Below, one piece after another: positions 55,189-63,600 of a stretch of DNA of 64,000 nt. Under the pieces are notes generated by a model. It did not search any database. It saw only the letters and a program-made list of their open reading frames with translations, and was not told where the DNA came from. The DNA is taken from IMG/VR virus record IMGVR_UViG_3300022468_000816; one strand, given 5' to 3'. Each line of letters starts with the position of its first letter. Position 1 is the first letter of the stretch. The position numbers and the translations under genes are program-made. Origin of the DNA: an uncultured virus (IMG/VR IMGVR_UViG_3300022468_000816) (lineage: Duplodnaviria > Heunggongvirae > Uroviricota > Caudoviricetes).

Positions 55189-56295
55189 TCAACCTCCCAG
55201 CGCCTGCATGCGGATGCCATGGATGGCCGCCATGAGGCCGCCGTTCGAGCCCTTGCCGCCGTTCAGGATCCGGTCGATGGTCTCGTGGTGCTTGTCCATG
55301 TCGTTGCTGATCGACTGGGACAGCCCATCGGCACTGATCGATCCTGACTGCGGCAGGAAGGCGTCCTCGATCACCTTGAGCGCGGTCTTCTTCAAGATCG
55401 CGTCCAACAGCTCGGGGTAGTTCTTCGGCACGTCGGCCAGGCCCGCCACGTAGTTGAACTGGATCGCCATGGGGATGGTGCGGCCGTGGCCAATGGCCTG
55501 CATCACGAAGGCATTGAGCGGCGCCGCGAACGCGGTGCTGGACGGCACGAAGTTGACCATGCCGTACTTTTTGTCCATGCGAAGCCAGTCGAGCGGCAGG
55601 TCGTAGTGCGCGGTCGCGCCGCCCGGGTAGGCGAAGCGCACGCGCGACACGCTCTGCAGGGGCTTCTGCCGCATTTTGATCATGCCCCACTTGTCGTTGT
55701 ACTGGAACGCCGTGGGGTCGTAGTCGTAGCCCGGGTCGATGGCCCAGGGCTGGCCGTTGAGCGCCAGGATCTCGGCCGGCGATGGCTCCTCGGCGAAAAA
55801 CGCCGTGGGCACCAGCGGCACGCGCAGCTCGTGCGCCATCTCGGACTCGGCCGCGCGCAGCTTGTCCCACAGGTAGTCGTCGGTCATCGCCATGGCTGGC
55901 AGCACGCCAGCGGCCGCCATCAGCAGGGTGTCCTGGCGCAGGCGGTCGACAGCGATGTCTTTCACGAACAGCAGGGATCGGGCGAACTCCGCGGCGGTCT
56001 CGACCACCAGGCGGAACCGCTTCACGAGCACCGGGGTGCTGCTGGTGATCACCAGCATGGCCTCGCCAGGCGGCAGCAGCGCGGTGTAGGTATCGGCCAG
56101 CTCAACAGTGATCTGGCCAGCGGCCCAGCCCGGGGCGGCCGCCAGGGTGATGGGCGCCGGTGACAGCGCCGTGCGCCCGTCGGCCGTGAAGACCTGCGCC
56201 GTAACGGTCGAGGCCTGATCGATGGCAACCGGAGCGCCGTCGCGCTTGATGGTCTCGGTGAAGGCGGCCGGCTGCCCGGCGATGATGGTCGTCAT
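55189..56295 (-). CDS. head-tail adaptor/neck protein (putative)
   Basis: IQFNYVAGL...SISADGLSQS. Confidence 0.7.
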   Translation of the reverse strand: MTTIIAGQPAAFTETIKRDGAPVAIDQASTVTAQVFTADGRTALSPAPITLAAAPGWAAGQITVELADTYTALLPPGEAMLVITSSTPVLVKRFRLVVETAAEFARSLLFVKDIAVDRLRQDTLLMAAAGVLPAMAMTDDYLWDKLRAAESEMAHELRVPLVPTAFFAEEPSPAEILALNGQPWAIDPGYDYDPTAFQYNDKWGMIKMRQKPLQSVSRVRFAYPGGATAHYDLPLDWLRMDKKYGMVNFVPSSTAFAAPLNAFVMQAIGHGRTIPMAIQFNYVAGLADVPKNYPELLDAILKKTALKVIEDAFLPQSGSISADGLSQSISNDMDKHHETIDRILNGGKGSNGGLMAAIHGIRMQALGG

Positions 56296-56309
56296 GATGA
56301 GCCCGTGAT

Positions 56310-56345
56310 AAAAAAACCGCCGCGCGAGAGCCCCGGGCGGCGGTT
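56310..56345 (-). terminator. intrinsic terminator
   Basis: minus strand AACCGCCGC...GCGGCGGTTTTTTT. Confidence 0.7.
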
Positions 56346-56373
56346 GTGGTGAAACTCCGCTTTGCGAAGCGCT

Positions 56374-56571
56374 TTATCGTTCGACCAGAGGAGCGACGCG
56401 CAGCAGCGACGTGTAGTTCGTGTCGGTCACGCCAGCGTCGGCATCGAGCTTGGCCAGCAGCGCGTTGTGCTTGGCGATCAGCTCGTCCACCACATCGCCC
56501 AGCTTCACGTGAGCCGCTGCGGGGTTCATCCGGTTCAGCTCGTCTTTCAGGTTGCGTCCAGCAGTAGCCAT
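56374..56571 (-). CDS. small virion protein
   Basis: ALLAKLDADAGVTDTNY. Confidence 0.7.
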   Translation of the reverse strand: MATAGRNLKDELNRMNPAAAHVKLGDVVDELIAKHNALLAKLDADAGVTDTNYTSLLRVAPLVER

Positions 56572-56613
56572 GATGGCCCCTTTCAAAAATCGGGCGGCGG
56601 GCCGCCCAGGTGA

Positions 56614-56967
56614 TTACTTGTCGCCAGCGCCGGCGCCGTCAGCGCCAGCAGCGGACTTCTTGGCGGCCTCAGCAGCTGCTTCGGCTTCGGCCTTCTCGAC
56701 CTCAGCCTTGAGGCGCGGCGCGCCCCAGTTGCCCTTGACATCCAGCTTTACGGCTTCGGCGCGCGCCAGCAGGGCGGCCTTTTCGTCGGCGCCATCGTCA
56801 TCGGGACCCTTACCTGCGCCCACCAGCTCGTAGCCGGGAATAGCGGTGAAGGAGGCGGCGACATCGTCGGCCACGTCCTCGGACAGCATGCCCTTGGCAT
56901 GGCTGACGAACTTCACGCCGCTGATCTCGGTAGAGGCGTTGGGAAGGGTGCAAAGAACTTTCGGCAT
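56614..56967 (-). CDS. small head-associated protein
   Basis: AGGAG RBS; C-terminal HeH-like motif LLARAEAVKLDVKGNWGAPRLKAE. Confidence 0.7.
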   Translation of the reverse strand: MPKVLCTLPNASTEISGVKFVSHAKGMLSEDVADDVAASFTAIPGYELVGAGKGPDDDGADEKAALLARAEAVKLDVKGNWGAPRLKAEVEKAEAEAAAEAAKKSAAGADGAGAGDK

Positions 56968-57027
56968 GGTGATTTCTCCTGGGATGATGATGGGCGCCCC
57001 GAAGGGCGCCCATGAGGGGTCACGCGA

Positions 57028-58485
57028 TTACGCGAACGGCTTCCACTTCGCGGCGTTGGGCAGGATGTTCTTGATCACTGCGTGGTGGCGGCGCTTGGTG
57101 ATGCGCAGGTAGCCGAACATGAGCTGTGCCCAGGGGATCACGGCCGCATTGGTCGGATACAGAGGGAACTTCATCATCGGCAGCAGCTGGCGCCAGTTGA
57201 TGGCGTGGTCGCTAGGGCTCAGGTTCAGAACGTAGGCCTTGGTGGTGCCGGGGATGTCGCGGTTCAGGTCCGTGTAGACCGTCGTGCCGCCAGCCTTGGG
57301 CACGCGGGTGACCAGACGGAAGTCCGAAGGCGCGTTCGTGCCGTTCTGGCGCGAGCGGTAGATGGCGTAGCCGGTTTCCTGGCCGCCGGCGGATGCCGTG
57401 ATGGTCAGGGTCACCTTCTTGCCAGCGGCAACCGCCGTCTGGGCCGTGATCACGCCGTCGGACTGACCGTTGGCGTTGAGGCCGGTCACCAGGTAGTAGT
57501 AGTTGCCGCCCTGGGGGGCCGTGAACTGGCTGGCAGCGTCGCTCACAGAGGCGTCGATCGCCACGGTGGGCTTCATGCCAGTGTTGGCCGTGGCCAGCGC
57601 AGGGTACGTGACCTGGAAGGGCACGGTCTGGTCGCCGTCGTTGATGAACACGTCGGGGTTGGCCGAGATGTCACCCCACGACGTGCGGATGCCGACCACG
57701 GGCGAGCCCAGAGAGATGCCGCCGTTGGGCACGTTGTTCAGGCTCACGCGGAAGGCTGGATCCAGACCGGTGTCGAAATCCTGCTGCACCAGCTGCGACA
57801 TGAACAGGTGGGTGGGCGTGCCGAAGTTGTCGCGGCGGCTCACCTGCGCGGCGGCCTGGTTCACCAGGTTGATCGAATTCAGCGACTGGCCCTGAGCGTC
57901 CAGGATGTTGCCGCCGTCGACTTGACCGGCGTTCACGCCAGCCAGGAGCTGGGCGTAGATGCCGTCGAATTCGGTGGGCACCACGGCGCTGTCGCCTTCA
58001 AACGACAGGTACTCGGCGTCGGTCAGCAGCTGCTTGGCGCCGGCTTGCTGCTCGATCGCTTCGGAGCTGGCGATGTTCTGGCCCAGCGTGGACACCAGGG
58101 AAACCTGACGCTTGGTCATCAGGTACTTCACCTGGCCGACGCGGCGAGCGTAAGCACCGGTGCTTTCATTGATGATGCCGGTTTCGGTGTTGGTCGAGCC
58201 ACCCAGGAAACCACCGACGCCGGACTGTTCGGTCCATTCGTCGACGGTCGCGCCGGCGCCAGTCTTGGCCAGTTCGTTGAACAGGCGGAAGTGCTTGTTC
58301 TCCTGAATGGTGGCCTGCATGGTCTTGTCCAGCGACTGGATGCGCAGAGCGCTACCGCCGGTCAGCGTGGACACGTCAGTGCCGTAACCGGCCGTCAGTG
58401 CCTTCTGCAGTTCGGACAGCGCGGTGCCGTCCATTGCGCCGGTCACGGATGCCTGACCAGCGGCGAGTTCGGGAAGTTGAAACAT
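57028..58485 (-). CDS. major capsid protein
   Basis: LQKALTAGYGTD...GGSALRIQSLD; FEGDS...EFDGI; follows the scaffold. Confidence 0.88.
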   Translation of the reverse strand: MFQLPELAAGQASVTGAMDGTALSELQKALTAGYGTDVSTLTGGSALRIQSLDKTMQATIQENKHFRLFNELAKTGAGATVDEWTEQSGVGGFLGGSTNTETGIINESTGAYARRVGQVKYLMTKRQVSLVSTLGQNIASSEAIEQQAGAKQLLTDAEYLSFEGDSAVVPTEFDGIYAQLLAGVNAGQVDGGNILDAQGQSLNSINLVNQAAAQVSRRDNFGTPTHLFMSQLVQQDFDTGLDPAFRVSLNNVPNGGISLGSPVVGIRTSWGDISANPDVFINDGDQTVPFQVTYPALATANTGMKPTVAIDASVSDAASQFTAPQGGNYYYLVTGLNANGQSDGVITAQTAVAAGKKVTLTITASAGGQETGYAIYRSRQNGTNAPSDFRLVTRVPKAGGTTVYTDLNRDIPGTTKAYVLNLSPSDHAINWRQLLPMMKFPLYPTNAAVIPWAQLMFGYLRITKRRHHAVIKNILPNAAKWKPFA

Positions 58486-58520
58486 GATGTTTGCTTTCTT
58501 TCTTGAAAAAACGCGGCGGT

Positions 58521-59159
58521 TTAGATCGCGACCTTGTTGACGATGTGGGCGGGGATTTCCTGGCCTCGGTTTAGGCAGGACTCAGCAATGGCGATGTCGG
58601 TGCCCGAGAGGCGGCCTTCCTTCTGCGCATTGAGAGCCTTTGCGAAGAACTGGTCGGCCGTCATGCCATCGGGCGTGAGCGACTTCGCCAGGTTCTGTGC
58701 GGCGGGCGCGGGCTTCTCGACCATGGAGACCATGCTCTTGCGGCCGCGGCCTTCGCCGGACAGCTTCTTGACCTGCTCGCTCAACGACTTGATCATCTCG
58801 CCCTGGCCCTTGATCAGGGACACGGCGGCGTCCATCGCCTTGAGCATGTTGCCTTCGGAGGCTTCGACGCGGTCCTGCAGAGACTTCACCAGCTCGGCGC
58901 CGTCCTGGGCTTCAACCACACTGCCGTCGGCGAGAGTGATCTGGAACGACTTCGCCATCGGCTTGTCGTCGCCATCGGGCTTCTTGCCCTCGCCCTCGCC
59001 TTCGCCGGCGCCCTCGCCAGCATCCAAGCCGCCTTCCTCAGCGGCAGCTTGGATTTTTTCTTCATCCTTGCCGTCATCCGCCGGGAGCGCCTTGGCCATT
59101 GCTTCCTGATCGGTGCCAAGCTGGCTCAGCTCGCCCATCAGTTGTTCAAATGCACTCAT
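58521..59159 (-). CDS. capsid scaffolding protein (putative)
   Basis: acidic/coiled coil with repeated AKS/AKA sites; between protease and MCP. Confidence 0.7.
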   Translation of the reverse strand: MSAFEQLMGELSQLGTDQEAMAKALPADDGKDEEKIQAAAEEGGLDAGEGAGEGEGEGKKPDGDDKPMAKSFQITLADGSVVEAQDGAELVKSLQDRVEASEGNMLKAMDAAVSLIKGQGEMIKSLSEQVKKLSGEGRGRKSMVSMVEKPAPAAQNLAKSLTPDGMTADQFFAKALNAQKEGRLSGTDIAIAESCLNRGQEIPAHIVNKVAI

Positions 59160-60067
59160 GACTTACTCCGTTTGTTGAGACCGTTTTTCAAATCGCGCAT
59201 GAAGCGCTCCACCCACTCAGCCGCCTGGTCGGGCGAAAGGCTGAATTTGTTGGCGGCGTGCGCGATGAGATCGCGTGCGCCGGGGTTCTTGCCTGCGCCG
59301 CCCGAGCGGATCTGCTCGGCCAGCTTGTTGCGAAAATCGAAGTAGCTATGGATCCGGTGGTCCAGGGACTGCTGGCGCAGGGCGCCGCCGCCGGCGAGCG
59401 CCGCTGAATCCGTGCCGTAGCCGGCTTCAAGGGCCTTCGCGAAATCCAGCCCAGACGCACCCCACGACTTGGCGAACGCGCCGAGCGGGATGGTCGCGCA
59501 GGTGCCAACGTGCTGGTTCACCGGGGTCTTGCTGACGCCGATGTTGTTCCAGCGGACCTTGGACACGATCGCCTTGCGCAGGCCCGTCTTGGGGTCCACC
59601 TCGACCGACTTCGCCAGCACGCTGCCGCCCACGGATGGGTACCAGCGCTGCGGAGGCATCAGCTCGGTGATCGATGACCAGAAGTCATTGGCGCGCTGGG
59701 CGGCGTCGCCCACGCCGGAATAAATCTCGGCCTTGACGAAGGTGGTCTTGCCGTCCTGGCGCACGTCCAGCGGACGGCCGATCTCGTACAGCTCGCACCC
59801 AGGGATGCCCGGGCGGCCGCGCTGCGGATCCGGTTTGCCCAGCAGGGTGTAGTGGTCGATGTCGATGTTGCCGTAGCGCTTGAAGTATTCAGCCGACTCG
59901 GCCAGCGCCTTGGCGGCGATCACCTCATCCTGCTGGTCAACACCCTCGTTGCTTGCCTCGAAATAGACGATGCGCTGCCCGCCATCCATGTGCGGAGTGG
60001 CCTTGAGCATGTTGCCGATGCTCAGGTATTCGGGGATGCCAGCAAGGAGCTGATCGTCAGTTCGCAT
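59156..60067 (-). CDS. prohead protease (putative)
   Basis: FEASNEGVDQQDE, GNIDIDH, SVGGSV, V...PVN. Confidence 0.75.
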   Translation of the reverse strand: MRTDDQLLAGIPEYLSIGNMLKATPHMDGGQRIVYFEASNEGVDQQDEVIAAKALAESAEYFKRYGNIDIDHYTLLGKPDPQRGRPGIPGCELYEIGRPLDVRQDGKTTFVKAEIYSGVGDAAQRANDFWSSITELMPPQRWYPSVGGSVLAKSVEVDPKTGLRKAIVSKVRWNNIGVSKTPVNQHVGTCATIPLGAFAKSWGASGLDFAKALEAGYGTDSAALAGGGALRQQSLDHRIHSYFDFRNKLAEQIRSGGAGKNPGARDLIAHAANKFSLSPDQAAEWVERFMRDLKNGLNKRSKS

Positions 60068-60073
60068 GCACGC

Positions 60074-60089
60074 AGTTTTGCGTCACGAC
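60074..60089 (-). promoter_or_regulatory. late-type promoter (leaderless) of the head operon
   Basis: GTCGTGAC GC AAAACT, 6 nt, then ATG 60067. Confidence 0.62.
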
Positions 60090-60113
60090 GATACAGCCGC
60101 GTGCGAATGCTAT

Positions 60114-60140
60114 AAAAAAAGCCACACGAAGGTGGCTTTT
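60114..60140. terminator. bidirectional intrinsic terminator
   Basis: A7-GCCAC acgaag GTGGC-T4. Confidence 0.75.
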
Positions 60141-60157
60141 GCTGGGGTCACTGAGGC

Positions 60158-60415
60158 TTACGGTTGGAGCACAGCCCGGGCTTGCGCGATCACTTGGTGT
60201 AGCTTTCCGCGCTCCATGATCATTTCCTGATACACGTCCGCCTCCTTGGCGCCGGGCACCAGCGCCAGCGGCCTCGTGCGCTCGATGTCCTTCTCGACCT
60301 GCTGCAGGCGCTGCTCGGCGCGCTCCAGGATCTTGCGCTCCATCGCCTCTGTCTGGTGGGCCATGGATCCCAGCTCGCCCAGCTGCCGGCGGGTGTTTTC
60401 GATGTGCTGCTTCAC
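60158..60415 (-). CDS. hypothetical helical protein
   Basis: GTGA-coupled to the upstream gene. Confidence 0.65.
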   Translation of the reverse strand: MKQHIENTRRQLGELGSMAHQTEAMERKILERAEQRLQQVEKDIERTRPLALVPGAKEADVYQEMIMERGKLHQVIAQARAVLQP

Positions 60416-60633
60416 CGCCGCACCTCGGCCAGGCAAAGCGAGCGCAGGTCCGCCGCCTTGATGTTGTAGCAGCGGCCGGTGTCACGGTGCGCGCGCGCCA
60501 TGCAGTAGGCGCGCGTGTCCGGGTTGCCGATGCCGTAGCAGGCGGACGCCGACTTGGCTTGGTCCGCCAGGGCGGAATGCGGCGCGACCAGCAACGCGCA
60601 GGTATAGGCGACGGCAAGAACGAGGTGTTTCAT
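60412..60633 (-). CDS. small secreted Cys-rich protein
   Basis: signal peptide; two CY.I...D.R..C.A units. Confidence 0.7.
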   Translation of the reverse strand: MKHLVLAVAYTCALLVAPHSALADQAKSASACYGIGNPDTRAYCMARAHRDTGRCYNIKAADLRSLCLAEVRR

Positions 60634-60639
60634 GCGCGC

Positions 60640-60659
60640 AGTGTAATCAAAAAAGACCA
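60640..60659 (-). promoter_or_regulatory. TGATC-box promoter (leaderless)
   Basis: TGGTC TTTTTT GAT TACACT, 6 nt, then ATG 60633. Confidence 0.6.
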
Positions 60660-63600
60660 TCTTGTGAATCCTGCTGGGCCACTTGCCGCTGTTTCAGGAA
60701 GTGCGCCACGCCCGTGTCGTCGAGGCTTTCCATGGGGCTGGTCATCAGCTCGCGCAGCCCGTATTTGCGCTGCAGGCGCTCGCGCGCGCGGTGCACGTCC
60801 GGGTGGTCGGCCACGCCGTCGATCAGCTCCACGTCGTTCTTTTGCCCGGTGCGGAAGATGCGCCCGTTGCGCTGGGCGTGCGTCATGGCGGTCTGCGGCG
60901 TGTCGAACTGGTAGAGCCACTGGCCGCGCTGGATGTTCATGCCGGTCGCGCCGGCGTCGCTGGCCACCAGGATGTCGGCCTGCGCCTCGCCCTGCTCGGG
61001 GTTGAACATCTGCCGCTTGCGGTCCTTCTCCTGCGCGCTGTCGCTGCCAGTGATGACCACCACGCGGTGGCCCTCCTTCTTCAGTCGCTCGGCCAGCATC
61101 TTCACCGACTCGCGGTGGTGCGCGAAGATCACCCCGGGCTTGCCCTTGCGCTCGGCCGCGTGCTTCGCGACATCGTCCACCAGAGGGTTGTCGGGGTGCG
61201 TGTTGATCACCCGCTGCACGGCAGACGACTTCATGATGCCCAGGCTCTGCTGCAGCGTCTTGGCCACCTCGGCGTGCTTCTCCTCGGGCACGCCGTCGAA
61301 GGATCCGGGCGAGATCGCCTTCATGGCGTCGACATCGACCCTGCCCTCCATGCGCGCGATGCGGGCGCTGGTGAAATGCTTGTCTAGCTCGGCGAGCGCT
61401 TGGGTCTGACCCTTAGACAAGGAAACCTTGGATTCCCGGCGGTTTGCCGCGACATCCGGGTCGATCTTGCTAGGATAAACATAGCGCGCCATCTCGCGCT
61501 TGAGCGCCTCCTTGGACGCCAGCGTATCGGCGCCGTAGCGGCGCATGAAGGCGCCCCGGTCGTTGTAGCGCTCGGGGTCCATCTTCTTCATGAGGTCGAA
61601 CACCTCGCTGGCGTCGTTCTTCACCGGGTCGCCGCTGGCCGCCATGTAGTAGGGCGTGTGCGCCGACAGGGCGTCCACCACGTTGGCCAGCCCGGAATTT
61701 TCCTTGCCGGCCCGGTTCAGGGTGTACTGGCTTTCGTCGGTCGCCAGGAAATCGAAGTTGATGCCCTCGCGCTCCATGATCGACTTCATCCAGCCCTTGC
61801 GCTCCCCCTCGCTCATGGCGTTCAGGCGGTCGGACATCTCGCCCGGGCTGACGCCCGCGTGCTGGGCGCCCAGGTGCAGCATGTCATCGCGGAAAGACTG
61901 GTGCGTCATCACGCAGAAGTGGTGCTCGGGGTTCTTGTAGGCCTTGATGCGCTCCTCGCGGCTGGCGCCGGGTTCGATGTGCCAGTTGAATTTGCCCGGA
62001 TCCAGGTAGCGCAGCGCCTCGCCGCTGAACTGGCCCTGCACGATGCTGGGCACCAGGTACAGTCCGCGCTTGGCCTTGCCCTGCTGCTGCAGGTGCGTGA
62101 ACGCTGCCAGCTGCAGTAGGGACTTTCCCGAGCCTGTGCCGAAGGCAGCCATCACGCGCTTGTTGGCCTCGACCATGCGCACCAGGCGCTGGCGCGCCGC
62201 GTTCTTGCCGCCGCTCATGGTCGGGGCCCACAGCTTGGTGGGCTGGCCCGGTTTGAAGTTCTTGCCGACCTGGCCCATCATCCCGGCGATCTGGCGCTCG
62301 GCGACATGGCCCAGGGTGTGACGCTCGTCGCCGGCCAGGGCCGCCGGGCCGTCCGCCGCCGCTGGCACGTCCTCAGCAGAGAAGAAACCCATCTGCGCCT
62401 GGTTGAAGGCCTCGTCCTGATCGCGCGCGGCGTCCAGCTTGTCCGACACCGAGCCGGCGGCGTACCGGCCGGCACTGCGCTCGCGCAGGCTGTCGACCAG
62501 CTCGCGCTCGCGGGCCATGCGCTCGTCGCGCGCCTTCGGGTCGGTGGCATCGAGGTGGTTCAGGTTGTTGCGGATCACCGCCTTGCCCAGCTTGAGCGGC
62601 TTGCCGGGGTTCAGCTTGTTGTAGGTTTCGGCGAACGAGCGGCCCACGTTGGAGCGGATCAGGTCCTGCACCGCCTCGTAGGCCTTGGCGTGGCCGTGCA
62701 TGGCCTCGACGTACTTGGGCCAGTCCAGGCCAGCGGCATTGACCTTGGCGGCCGCCGCGTCGCGCTGAGCCTTCCAGTCCGCCCATTCCGGGTTGGTGGT
62801 GGTCTCGCCGAACATATCCGTGGTCTCGCGCTCGGGCTGCGCGCCGTCCAGGCGCTCCAGCTCGGCACGCAGCGCCCCCTGCTCGGGGCTTTCCTTGGCG
62901 ATGTTCCGGTAGAAGTGCTCCCGCAGCGCGCGCTGGTCCTGGTTGGTCAGCTCGCCCACCTGTTTGAAGGCGGCCACGCCCTCGGGATGCTCGGCCAGGG
63001 CCCGGTGCAGCGCCTCGACCGACTTCTGGTCCACCTCGAAGCGCTGGCGGTTCAGCGTGCTGATCTTGCCGCCGTGCCGCTGCTCCACGAACTTGTCGGC
63101 GTACCCATCGAAGGTGTCCGCCAGCTGCTCGGCCCGGCGCTGCTTGCCGTCGGCACCCTTGAGTGGCGCTACAGAATCCAGAGCGGCGCGGTAAGCGTCG
63201 GCGCGGTCAAAGCCCACTTTTTGAAAGAAAGCCGCCGACTGGATGTCGGCCACAATGTCGCCTGGCGCGTCGCCGTCAGCCGCGCGGCCGCCGATGTAGT
63301 CGCGCAGGGACTGCTCCAGGTCCTGCCCGGGCTGGAACGGCTCAGCCAGCCGCGGCGCGACGCCGGGCTTCACGTCCATGCCGAGGTCCGGCCGGCGGGC
63401 CACGCCCAACGGCAGCCACCCGTCCTCGTCGTGGTCGCCGCGGATGATTGCCAGGTTGCGCTGGACCTGCGCCACGTCCTCGCGCGCCACGGGCTTCGCC
63501 AGGCGGTCCATGCCGGCGGCGTTGATGGTCAGGAAGGTGTCGCCCGCCACGGTCTCCAGGGTGTAGTCGCCGCGCTGCAGGCCGATCGCGCGCACGCGCC

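Noticed and set aside
57011..57026. Extra late-promoter copies (also near 28298)
   Set aside because: CGTGAC core present but the following hexamer lacks the conserved A/T.
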